A stretch of DNA of 64,000 bases from positions 1 through 64,000 of IMG/VR virus record IMGVR_UViG_3300047509_000156. One strand, 5' to 3'. The notes under the pieces were generated by a model that saw nothing but the letters and a program-made list of their open reading frames with translations, did no database searches and was not told the origin of the DNA. The position numbers and the translations under genes were made by a program. The stretch is from a virus. This document shows, in pieces, positions 54,139 to 62,664 of the stretch (positions are counted from its first letter, which is position 1; every line of letters starts with the position of its first letter).

Positions 54139-54438
54139 CTACTCCGGTATGACGATGACTTGTTTCGATGGCACCACGACGCCGCCTTCCGCCCATGCGC
54201 CGGGAAGATAACTGGCAGGCCAGCCGGGGAACTCCTTGATCCTCCAGGCACCGTCAGGATAGAGCGGCGACGGTTCGATATAGGTGGCGCATTCTTTTGG
54301 GATGTGGCAAACTCTCAGCAACCGTCCGAATCCATCCTTGACGTTCCAGAGAAGCAGTTTGCCTGTCTGTTTTTCTTTCTCGGGAAATGCCCATCCAAAG
54401 AGACAGGCGATCGTCGATAGGAATACTCGTCTGATCAT
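54139..54438 (-). CDS. Tat-like leader fused to a portal-derived segment (99 aa)
   Basis: MIRRVFL; 34/66 ungapped identity to the portal at 18695..20278; AGGAG RBS. Confidence 0.85.
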   Translation of the reverse strand: MIRRVFLSTIACLFGWAFPEKEKQTGKLLLWNVKDGFGRLLRVCHIPKECATYIEPSPLYPDGAWRIKEFPGWPASYLPGAWAEGGVVVPSKQVIVIPE

Positions 54439-54656
54439 GTTGACTCCTGCCAATGTTTGTCGATTGGTTTGAGTTTACGCAGGCGACGTATTTCATTGAT
54501 GGTGAGCGGCCCCGTCTGAAGATCAGGAGCGAAACAGATCATCTTGGCGCATCGTCTGCTTGTTTGTCGTGGTTTCTTTGGCTGTGGCGTCTTCTTGACG
54601 AGGAGCGACAACCCGGTAAGGCCAATAAGAGAAGCAAGAAAGTTTCGCCGGATCAT
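54435..54656 (-). CDS. Tat-like leader fused to a portal crown-derived peptide (73 aa)
   Basis: MIRRNFL plus hydrophobic stretch; 19/27 ungapped identity to portal DLQAGIRTINEIRHLRKLKKIDEDWGE; GGAGG RBS. Confidence 0.85.
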   Translation of the reverse strand: MIRRNFLASLIGLTGLSLLVKKTPQPKKPRQTSRRCAKMICFAPDLQTGPLTINEIRRLRKLKPIDKHWQEST

Positions 54657-54859
54657 GCGTATTCCTCCACTTCCTGTCCGCCATCGGCGAAAGCGTTACC
54701 AATCTCCTTGACGGCGTCGTACATACCGCCAGTTGGTGGCCCCATGAGGAAACCACCGCCACGGTGAAGGAGTGCCTTGTAGAGATGCACGAAGACCCTG
54801 TCCTGGCATTCCGGTGGCAGTTTGTCGAACTTCTTCCGCAGGTATTCTCCCGTCGTCAT
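54653..54859 (-). CDS. Hypothetical protein
   Basis: GGAGG RBS; ATGA coupling. Confidence 0.55.
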   Translation of the reverse strand: MTTGEYLRKKFDKLPPECQDRVFVHLYKALLHRGGGFLMGPPTGGMYDAVKEIGNAFADGGQEVEEYA

Positions 54860-55062
54860 CGCTTCCTCCGTCCGTAACTTAACTCATTGAGTGCCGCTGA
54901 AATCTTCCTTGCCGCCTGACGCTCCGTCTGATCCATCTTGCCCCACGGGTCGCTCTGCGCCTCGTAGAGTCGTTCCATCTCCACCGTCTCGGCAGCATTT
55001 CCATCGGGGTCGATGTCGTTGAGTTGCAGGAGTATCGAGACATACTTGGCGAAGGGACTCAC
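54856..55062 (-). CDS. Hypothetical protein (start GTG, MSPFAKY)
   Basis: GGAG RBS 8 nt upstream of GTG 55062. Confidence 0.5.
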   Translation of the reverse strand: MSPFAKYVSILLQLNDIDPDGNAAETVEMERLYEAQSDPWGKMDQTERQAARKISAALNELSYGRRKR

Positions 55063-55393
55063 GGTGGTTGCTCCGTGACGGGCTGCACGCCAGCATATAC
55101 ACTCGCCGCGTTCTCCACAATGAGACACGGACACAGGTAGAGCATCCTGTGTCCGTGTGACCAGCGTGGAGAGATTGGCGATGGGAGATTTCTCAGGCCG
55201 GCTTGTCCTGTGTACCCATTTGGGCCGTGAAGAGAGCGGCCATGTAGGCGTCGGCCGCAGCCACGGATTTCAGGCTCTCCGGTTTGCCCTGTGCGTTTGC
55301 CAGAGATGCTGCAAGGATCGAGGTTGCTGCGCCGATAAGTGTGTCATTGGCGGCTACGGTTGGTTTGCTCATTGTTTCTCCTCAGAGTAAGAA

Positions 55394-55717
55394 TCAGATC
55401 GAACCGGAAGAATGCCGCGTGATCGTCAGTTCGCCCCTCTCGTCCACGGCGGCATCCTCAACGAAGTATGGCTCGGCGGCGCAACCTCCTGCAAGGGCGC
55501 TGGTAATCTCGGCCATCATGTCCTTGTCGGGATGCACACAGATGTACGCTTCCAGAATCTTGCCGCACTCGGCCACAAGGACGATTTTCTTGGTTGGCAG
55601 CCTGATGCTCTGTTTGTGACCGATGCCCAGAGCGTTCAGAAAGGCGTCAACGGCGTCGATTCCTCGCATGGCCATGACTTGTCTCCAGAGGCGGGCGGCA
55701 CCGGCAGTATACAGCAT
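55394..55717 (-). CDS. Hypothetical protein
   Basis: Operon member downstream of the decoration gene. Confidence 0.45.
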   Translation of the reverse strand: MLYTAGAARLWRQVMAMRGIDAVDAFLNALGIGHKQSIRLPTKKIVLVAECGKILEAYICVHPDKDMMAEITSALAGGCAAEPYFVEDAAVDERGELTITRHSSGSI

Positions 55718-55734
55718 GGCGGCGCGAGATCGTC

Positions 55735-56214
55735 TCAGACGGACGGACTTCTACTGAACCCGCCTTCACCAGTACCGAAACCGGGCTGACGTTTCTTCCC
55801 GCTGATCAGGAACCCCGACAGCCCAAACGCCCCAGTCGCGGTCGTCGCCGCGAAGGTATTGGCGTTCATGCGGACGTACCGCTGCGTCCGCAGTCCCATG
55901 ATGGCCTGGAACAAGTTGGCGCCTGCCGTCGTGGCCGTCACCGTGAGGATCATCTGCGTGATCCCGTAGTCCGCCGAATTGACGCCGGAGATCACGGTCC
56001 ACGACCCCGTGCCAGAGGGTGATTCCTCGGCCTGCACGACGAGGTTGGTTACGTTGGCCACTGTGGGTACGGAGGCGATCAGCTGCATGGCGATACTGAA
56101 CTCGCCGTCGCCCGACGTGGCCCAATCAGCCGAAGCACCCTGCGACGTGGCGGCGAGGGTGACGTTGTTGAACTGGAAGGAGCGAAGCGTCTCATTGACG
56201 TAGTCCAGAAGCAT
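55735..56214 (-). CDS. Probable capsid decoration/cement protein
   Basis: First co-oriented gene after the capsid; EES..G.G.WT...RYVR pattern; GAGGTG RBS. Confidence 0.65.
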   Translation of the reverse strand: MLLDYVNETLRSFQFNNVTLAATSQGASADWATSGDGEFSIAMQLIASVPTVANVTNLVVQAEESPSGTGSWTVISGVNSADYGITQMILTVTATTAGANLFQAIMGLRTQRYVRMNANTFAATTATGAFGLSGFLISGKKRQPGFGTGEGGFSRSPSV

Positions 56215-56257
56215 CGGAATCACCTCATGGAAAATGGGTTACGACGAGTGGAATTGA

Positions 56258-56285
56258 GGTCACTCGCGATGGGTTTGGGCGTATA
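56258..56285 (+). promoter_or_regulatory. ECF-like promoter motif copy 5 (GGTCAC-N15-GCGTATA)
   Basis: Same spacing; upstream of an HNH gene. Confidence 0.65.
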
Positions 56286-56366
56286 ATGAAGGCGGACCCG
56301 GCACCGTCCCTTAACGGTGTCAGGTCCTGACCGATCAAAGCACCCTTGACTAGAAAGGGCACCTCG

Positions 56367-57260
56367 ATGGCTACAGGACAGCGTATCAGGGATCTCGCCG
56401 GGCAGCGCTTCGAGCGGCTTCTCGTTCTCCGCTTCGACTCGATCAACCACAACAGCAAGGTTGTCTGGTGGTGCCGTTGCGACTGCGGGACCGAGAAGGC
56501 GATCCTGGGCGCGCATATGACACGAACCACTGATCCGGTCGTCTCCTGTGGTTGCTGGCGACGGGAGATGCCGAAGATCCGCGACAGTAAACCGGGGCGA
56601 CAGACGGACGGCAAGCGAGCGCCGGAATACACGGCATGGTGTGGCGCCAAGGATCGCTGCTGTCGAAAAGGCGCCAGGAGTTATCCCGATTACGGCGGGC
56701 GAGGCATCGTCATGTGCGACGAGTGGCGCGACAGTTTCGATGCCTTCCTGGCCGACATGGGAACCAAACCGGGTCCGGAATACTCTCTCGAAAGGCAGGA
56801 CGTTAATGGGCCGTATGCGCCATGGAATTGTGTCTGGGCGCTGCCGGTTGAACAGGGCAACAACAAGAGGAACAACGTCCTGCTGACTTTCCAGGGACGG
56901 ACGATGAGCGTTTCGCAGTGGGCGCGAGAGTTGGGGATGAAGGTACTTACGCTTTATCAGAGGATTCGTCGTGGCATGTCGATTGAGGACGCTTTTACCG
57001 CTCCGCTTCGCCAGCAAGGAACACTGACTCCTGAAGAACGAAACAGGAGATACCTGGCTCGTTCCGCTATCAGAGATCGTGTTCGTCGCGGCAAGATGCC
57101 TCACGTTTCAACCCTCAAGTGTGTCTTTTGCGGTAAGCAAGCCGAGCATTACGACCACTACGCGGGCTACGATAGGGCTAATCGGCTTACGGTTCGTCCT
57201 GTTTGCGAGCGGCATCACCTCTGGGAACATGGCTCTCTTTTGGTCGAGCCAAAAGACTGA
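56367..57260 (+). CDS. HNH-type homing endonuclease inserted antisense between capsid and decoration genes
   Basis: GQRFERLLV..WWCRCDCG, YGGRGI.MCDEW, SLERQDVNGPYAPWNCVWA..EQ.NN; extra C-terminal CVFC..H.DH..C..HH. Confidence 0.88.
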   Translation: MATGQRIRDLAGQRFERLLVLRFDSINHNSKVVWWCRCDCGTEKAILGAHMTRTTDPVVSCGCWRREMPKIRDSKPGRQTDGKRAPEYTAWCGAKDRCCRKGARSYPDYGGRGIVMCDEWRDSFDAFLADMGTKPGPEYSLERQDVNGPYAPWNCVWALPVEQGNNKRNNVLLTFQGRTMSVSQWARELGMKVLTLYQRIRRGMSIEDAFTAPLRQQGTLTPEERNRRYLARSAIRDRVRRGKMPHVSTLKCVFCGKQAEHYDHYAGYDRANRLTVRPVCERHHLWEHGSLLVEPKD

Positions 57261-57269
57261 CAAATCGCG

Positions 57270-58769
57270 TCATGGGCCGACAGTGGCGCAGGAAATTGAA
57301 TCGCAAAAAGCCACTGTTCCGGGGTGTCTTGGACCTCCGTCGCCCGTGAGCACGCACCTGACCGCGCATTGGTCGCTCGACAGAAGTGTATAGCCCACAT
57401 CGGTTTGTACGAACTCAATTGCGCCGAAGAGGCCCAAGAGGTAGTCCGCCCATCCCGAAAAAAGTACATACGTCGCGTTCGTCACTCCACCCCGATTGTT
57501 GACGACCTGCACCGTCTTCGTCACCGGGTAGCCCGCCAGGTGCGGAATCGCCTTGCCCTTCAAATCGCGCACCAGCTCGTACACGAAGCCGCCCACTTGC
57601 CCGGCCCCGGAGTAAGGCGTCCACCGCGTCTGACTGAACGCATAACTCAACTGCGGCCTCATGATGAAGCCGCCGTTGTCCTGGTCGGGATTGCCATTGT
57701 TTTCCTCGACCACCATCGGGAAGGAGTAGGCGTCCTGCGGCGAGAGTTGGTTCGGTGAACCCGACGCTCCCGTCTGCGTCACTAGCGCCAACCCGTATGG
57801 GTTGCCCGAAGCGCTGCCCATCGTGGCCAGTCCCAGCGGTTGTGTCTGAGAGCCGTTGCCCTGGAGGAGGTAGAAGTCCAACTGCAAGGCGACACTCTTG
57901 AAGATGTCCGCCCTGATCAGGGCCTCGGTAGCCGGCGCCCCGTAGCGCAGCAACTCGTTGGGCAGCACCACCACGGTGATCATCTTGCGGGCGTTGAGGT
58001 TCAGCGCCCCCGTCGTGACCGTGGTTGGGGTTGTCTGGTTATTTTCCAGTTGCCCCTGGCTGGCTGTGGGCGTGATGAGGCGGGGGTAGGTGATTCGGCC
58101 CGAAGGACCCAGCGGCACGACGGTGGCGCCGGCGTTGAGCAATGCCTCGCGATTTCTCAGGAGTTCGATGGGCGGCCCGAAGGTTGGGGGAGGGACAAAG
58201 GTGCCGCCGCCGGCCTGGTCGGTCCAACTCTGCGCGGGTAGCGCGGCTGCCTTGCCGCCGTAGCCGGAAAGATCGTCGCGCAGGCCCTTGTTGTCGTAGG
58301 CTTTCTTGTACCAGTGCTGGATCTCTTCGGGGTCGGCACGATCGACGCCATGCTGAAGGAGCGATTTCATCTCGTAGTAGTCATCGTTGCTCATCATCTC
58401 CGAGTTGAACCCATCGGGCCACAGAGGGGCGAAGCAGTGCCCCGCTCCGGCGAACTTCTGGAAGCCGCCGCCGGCCTGGAAGGTAGCGTTGCGGATCTTT
58501 TCGGAGAGCATTCCCTCGACCTTGCAGAACTCAGGAGGGATGTGGCCGCCCACCATGCCCAGCATCTTGCCGAAGTAGAAGCCGCGCGAGGTCATGATGT
58601 TTTCACCACGCCGGGCATAGGGCGCCGATCCTGCGGGGGCGCCGAGAACTGGCTGCGCCCCCGTGTCGCGGGCGGCGGCGAGGCGGGCGTCGGTCGTCTC
58701 GATCTTGTTGAGCCGGCTTTCCATGTTGGACAGGACCTTGAGGACCTGTTCAGTGGCGGATTCTGGCAT
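57270..58769 (-). CDS. Major capsid protein, HK97 fold, with N-terminal delta-like domain
   Basis: GGGTFVP, IELLR, NELLR, G.G...QPLGL, LAGYPV. Confidence 0.9.
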   Translation of the reverse strand: MPESATEQVLKVLSNMESRLNKIETTDARLAAARDTGAQPVLGAPAGSAPYARRGENIMTSRGFYFGKMLGMVGGHIPPEFCKVEGMLSEKIRNATFQAGGGFQKFAGAGHCFAPLWPDGFNSEMMSNDDYYEMKSLLQHGVDRADPEEIQHWYKKAYDNKGLRDDLSGYGGKAAALPAQSWTDQAGGGTFVPPPTFGPPIELLRNREALLNAGATVVPLGPSGRITYPRLITPTASQGQLENNQTTPTTVTTGALNLNARKMITVVVLPNELLRYGAPATEALIRADIFKSVALQLDFYLLQGNGSQTQPLGLATMGSASGNPYGLALVTQTGASGSPNQLSPQDAYSFPMVVEENNGNPDQDNGGFIMRPQLSYAFSQTRWTPYSGAGQVGGFVYELVRDLKGKAIPHLAGYPVTKTVQVVNNRGGVTNATYVLFSGWADYLLGLFGAIEFVQTDVGYTLLSSDQCAVRCVLTGDGGPRHPGTVAFCDSISCATVGP

Positions 58770-58793
58770 TGGATACCTCTTCTTGTTTTTGGC

Positions 58794-59612
58794 TCAACTC
58801 GCCGCTGTTCCGGAGCGGCGTGCCTCGATCGAGGCGAGTTTAGAATCGAGTTTCTGGATAAAGGGAACGATCCCCTTCATCTGGTGTTCATCCATCTCTT
58901 CCATCGGCGCCCCTTCGCCTTCCTCTCCTTCGCCCATGTCGTCCTTGGTACACATCTTCTGACAGTAGGCGCGGAGCGATTGGGCGTGCTGCATGTGCAG
59001 ATCGCGCATCATCCTGTCGGGGTGCGTCTTGCCCTGGCTCTCCAGCCAGTCGGCGACGTGATGAATTGGTGAGAGCGTCTCGTTAACCGCATCGCCCGTG
59101 TGCATTCCCTTGCCCGTCATCGCCTTTCCACCCTTGCCGCCCTTCTCCTCCTCTTCCTTGGTGGGCGGCTTCTCTTCCTTCTTGGGCTTTTCCTCGTCCT
59201 TACCTTCCTCGCCGGGCTTCTCCTCGTCGGCCATCGGCTTCTTTTCCCGCTCGCCCTCGGCGGTTTCGGCTTCCTCGATGCGAGTCTCCCCTTCGGGTTT
59301 CTTGGCTGCCGGGTGGACTTCGGGCAACTCCTCGTAACCCCCTTCGATGTCGGGGTATTCCTTCTCGTGGATCGCCCTGGCCTCGTTGCCCGACTTGCCG
59401 AGCATCGTGGTCATCTTGTGGGCAAATTTGCGGACGGGAGGATGTTCGGACTTGTGGCCGCACTCCAGAGCATTCGTGTGCGCCAGTTTGATCGATTCGT
59501 GCAAATTGGCGAGGTGCTGGCAGGAGTAGGGGATCTCCAACTCCTCGTCGCGGTGTTCCGGTGTGGTAGGAGTGTTGGCCGCTGCTGCGTTTGCCTGCTC
59601 TTGTTCGGCCAT
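58794..59612 (-). CDS. Probable scaffolding/head assembly protein
   Basis: E/K/H-rich helical ORF immediately upstream of the capsid. Confidence 0.55.
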   Translation of the reverse strand: MAEQEQANAAAANTPTTPEHRDEELEIPYSCQHLANLHESIKLAHTNALECGHKSEHPPVRKFAHKMTTMLGKSGNEARAIHEKEYPDIEGGYEELPEVHPAAKKPEGETRIEEAETAEGEREKKPMADEEKPGEEGKDEEKPKKEEKPPTKEEEEKGGKGGKAMTGKGMHTGDAVNETLSPIHHVADWLESQGKTHPDRMMRDLHMQHAQSLRAYCQKMCTKDDMGEGEEGEGAPMEEMDEHQMKGIVPFIQKLDSKLASIEARRSGTAAS

Positions 59613-59890
59613 TGCGGTGTTCCGGGTAGAAATACTGGCTGTATACCCGGTGAATCGGACGGGTTGGATTATCCAGACATAATCGCGGCAGTTGAGGCGT
59701 TCAAGGCAATTCGCGGAATAGGCGTAGACGCCATATACGCCAGGAGTCTAGGATTTTCGGTGGAACAGCGCGCATCCTGGCTTCTCCCCCGGCGAGTGAA
59801 TCCGCCGGGGGAGATTGCTTTTATGGGAGGTGGCTAGTAGAGTTGGTGCCAGTAGGGAACCGCTCGTACCAAATACTTTACGGGGGTGAG

Positions 59891-59927
59891 GCGCCGCCAG
59901 GCAGAGAAATCTGCCGGCGGCGTTTTT
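59891..59927 (+). terminator. Intrinsic terminator
   Basis: GCGCCGCCAGGCAGA-GAAA-TCTGCCGGCGGCGT hairpin followed by a T-run. Confidence 0.7.
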
Positions 59928-59930
59928 CCT

Positions 59931-59958
59931 TGTCACACCCAATCAAAACAAGCGTATA
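59931..59958 (+). promoter_or_regulatory. ECF-like promoter motif copy 6
   Basis: TGTCAC-N15-GCGTATA directly after the terminator, ahead of ORF 59990. Confidence 0.75.
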
Positions 59959-59989
59959 TGGACACGGTCGCCCCACTACTAGGGAAACC

Positions 59990-60217
59990 ATGTCCACCAT
60001 ATCGCAGCAGAGAATCGCCTCGATCCGCGTCTGGGCCGCTGATGTTCGTGATCAGGCAGACGATACCAGTGTCAGTGAACTGGCGTCTTCTCTGTGCCAC
60101 CTGATCGATTTACACGGCAGGATCGAGGCGGATAACGTCCGTCTTGGTATCGAGACGAGTATTGCACTTCTGATCGGTAAACTGGCTTTAACCTGGGCCG
60201 GCTGGCCGGGTAAGTGA
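59990..60217 (+). CDS. 75-aa hypothetical protein (start MSTISQQ)
   Basis: AGGGA RBS; own promoter motif. Confidence 0.55.
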   Translation: MSTISQQRIASIRVWAADVRDQADDTSVSELASSLCHLIDLHGRIEADNVRLGIETSIALLIGKLALTWAGWPGK

Positions 60218-60832
60218 TTATGTTGGTTGTTCCATGATGGCGTTACCAATGGCCGTGCCGCCGCCGAATTGTTCCTGCTGCATCTTCCACGCTACCTCGG
60301 CACACCTCTTCCGCTCCATTGTTGTGCCGAAGTTCAGCCCATCGTTGATTCCCTTTTCGCGTCCCTTCTCGAATCCGTGCTGGTACTGGTCGAGCGACCC
60401 GTCCTCCCTGGAGTCGCGGAGCAGGCGGGTCAAAAAGTCGATGTGGGCGAAGAGGTCATTGACGCTGGCGAATACGTATTCTCGGCTCATGCGGATCGAC
60501 CAACCACGGTCATTTTGTACGCGCACGTCGTCCTGCACCTTCTTCCACGCCAGCCGCGCCGATTCGAGCGCCTCGTCGGAAAGAGGATCGCCGGCCACGT
60601 CCAGCGACAGAGCGTCCTGCATACCCGCCTCGCGAGCCTCTTGGAGCAACGGCAGAACTTGACCGATCAGGCTTTCAGCCTCACCTCTGGCAATCGATTC
60701 AACCAGGAATGCCTTGATTTCAATGGCGCCGACGCGGATACCGTAAACATGATCCTGCTCGCCGCCGTTGGCCATACGGTCACGACACTGTACCTTTACC
60801 ATCTCCTGGGCGATCTGCTCGTTCGTCTTCAT
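60218..60832 (-). CDS. Hypothetical protein, paralog of 2130..2771
   Basis: Shared motifs with 2130..2771; GGAGG RBS. Confidence 0.7.
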   Translation of the reverse strand: MKTNEQIAQEMVKVQCRDRMANGGEQDHVYGIRVGAIEIKAFLVESIARGEAESLIGQVLPLLQEAREAGMQDALSLDVAGDPLSDEALESARLAWKKVQDDVRVQNDRGWSIRMSREYVFASVNDLFAHIDFLTRLLRDSREDGSLDQYQHGFEKGREKGINDGLNFGTTMERKRCAEVAWKMQQEQFGGGTAIGNAIMEQPT

Positions 60833-61113
60833 GATCTATCTCCTCCGCTGGCAAGACAGCGGCGTATCGACTGGTACGACGTGTGGTACTTATTACCGAT
60901 CGCCTCCAGCGTGGCACCTTGATCGCGCATAAGACGCATATCAGCCACGTCGGCAGGGGTGAATCGCGAGCGGCTCTTGTTGTTGCCGTCGCGAGCGCAG
61001 GCCGGCATGGTGGCGGCGCGATCGTCGTACTCTGACTGACAGCCGGCACAGATCCGCAGCGGTGCCGGGCAGATGCGTTTGCCGCACCATGTACACCCGT
61101 ACGGTTCGTTCAT
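60829..61113 (-). CDS. Zn finger plus HTH DNA-binding protein (start MNEPYG)
   Basis: CTWC..CAGC; GATLEAIGNKYHTSYQSIRR. Confidence 0.65.
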   Translation of the reverse strand: MNEPYGCTWCGKRICPAPLRICAGCQSEYDDRAATMPACARDGNNKSRSRFTPADVADMRLMRDQGATLEAIGNKYHTSYQSIRRCLASGGDRS

Positions 61114-61306
61114 GGCTTCCTCTCGGCTTTCCTTGAGAGCAGTTCGGACTGACGGAAGCAGCGTTCCGTCAACTCCTCGACGAGTTTCTTGAGGCGGGTG
61201 TTCTCCTCGCAGACAGCAACGATCACCTTGGGCGGTGCGTACTGCCAACTGTGGCCGAGGCGTACTGCCTCTCTAGCGTCGATCAGGAGTTCCTCGGTGG
61301 TACGTG

Positions 61307-61840
61307 TCATAGGTCCGAGAGCCCTTTCTTGCGAAACTCTTCGATCCACCTCTGCCAGTCGTCGGCCAGGGCAAAGAGGCGACGCCGAAGGTAGGAGACG
61401 TACTTTTTGTGGTAGAAGACGACTGTGGTGTCCTTCTCCGGGCGGACGGCGTAGTAGGCATAGGCTCCGATCAATCTTCTCTCTTCGTGGGTCGCTAGAG
61501 AGAATTCCTGTACGCTGGCGCGAAAGCCACCAATCATGACCGTACCAGGACCACTCACCTTCTCCTTATCGACCCGCAGCCACAGGGATTTGGGCGTCCA
61601 CCACGCCAATAGGGACATTCTCCAACCGTCGCCGTACTCTGTGTGGATCACAGTTCCAGGGCGGTGGCTAGTAACACGATCCGCCTTGCAGAACGCGACG
61701 ATGGGCGTGGCGATCCTGGCGCGCCGACGCCAGGATTTCCGTATCTGCACCTCGCCGGGACAGTTCTCCTCCAGCCAGTCGGCAAAGGCCAGCCACGACA
61801 CCGGGTCGAGTCCTCTCTGGAGATGCCGTGGCGGTTTCAC
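61307..61840 (-). CDS. Protein with TIGR02996-like N-terminus
   Basis: WLAFADWLEEN. Confidence 0.6.
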   Translation of the reverse strand: MKPPRHLQRGLDPVSWLAFADWLEENCPGEVQIRKSWRRRARIATPIVAFCKADRVTSHRPGTVIHTEYGDGWRMSLLAWWTPKSLWLRVDKEKVSGPGTVMIGGFRASVQEFSLATHEERRLIGAYAYYAVRPEKDTTVVFYHKKYVSYLRRRLFALADDWQRWIEEFRKKGLSDL

Positions 61841-62028
61841 GCTTCACCACCGCTTTCCTGCCAGTCGAGCCACCAGGGATGTTCCTCCTCGCACACGCTG
61901 TCGGTGTGAGCGTCATCATTGCGAGGCAGAAATCCGTATCCGTCGCAGTCGTGGCACACCGTATAGTCGTTCGTTGGCACCGGGAACCTATCGACGATTC
62001 CCTTACCGCCGCATCGTGTACAGATCAT
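61837..62028 (-). CDS. DnaJ-type Zn-finger mini-protein
   Basis: CTRCGGKG...CHDCDGYG. Confidence 0.6.
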   Translation of the reverse strand: MICTRCGGKGIVDRFPVPTNDYTVCHDCDGYGFLPRNDDAHTDSVCEEEHPWWLDWQESGGEA

Positions 62029-62246
62029 AGCTTCTCCTTTTCTGCTTCGTGGCTTCTCTGCCGCAACGCCTCTGCCAGCGCACGGGCGGTTTTCGGATCG
62101 AGACGCAAAACGGTGACGGGCTGGGCGAAAGCAACCACGACGCTTCCCTGGTGCGCCATGATGTTGACATCGACGTTGTGCGTCTCGGGCAGCGTCGCAT
62201 CTTGGGGCGGCAAGTTTACTCGCGGCTCGAAGTCGTCGTTGGTCAT
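62025..62246 (-). CDS. Hypothetical protein
   Basis: AGGAG RBS; ATGA coupling. Confidence 0.55.
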   Translation of the reverse strand: MTNDDFEPRVNLPPQDATLPETHNVDVNIMAHQGSVVVAFAQPVTVLRLDPKTARALAEALRQRSHEAEKEKL

Positions 62247-62428
62247 CGCTTGCTCCTTTCCTTTTCCTCTTGCGACATCAATTCCTCCCTGAGAACCGTA
62301 ACCGTCCTGGGTGCCTCGACGCCCAGCCGGCAGCGGCCTCGATCCGTGTTGATGAGGGTAATCCAGATCGGCCCATCCGATGTTTCCAGGTAGATCCGTT
62401 CACCCGTTTGTCGTCCCAGTACCAGCAT
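62243..62428 (-). CDS. csrA: Carbon storage regulator CsrA-like RNA-binding protein
   Basis: MLVLGRQTGERI...RCRLGVEAPRTVTVLREEL. Confidence 0.88.
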   Translation of the reverse strand: MLVLGRQTGERIYLETSDGPIWITLINTDRGRCRLGVEAPRTVTVLREELMSQEEKERSKR

Positions 62429-62664
62429 CCTTCTTCCTCCTTCTGTGAGAACGGCTTTCCGTTTTTACCTTCGGCCTCTTCGGTTGTCCGGCGTCTAGTT
62501 CGTCCAGCACATGAACCAGACACTCGCCGCACACTCTGGTTATCAGCAGCGGCAAAAATCCCTCGTCTTCCCGGTAAACGAGATGATCTCCCACGCTATC
62601 GCAGCGGTAGCACAGGCGATTTGTCTCGATAGTGCGCGTCGAGTAGGGCACGGCAGCCTCCCGC

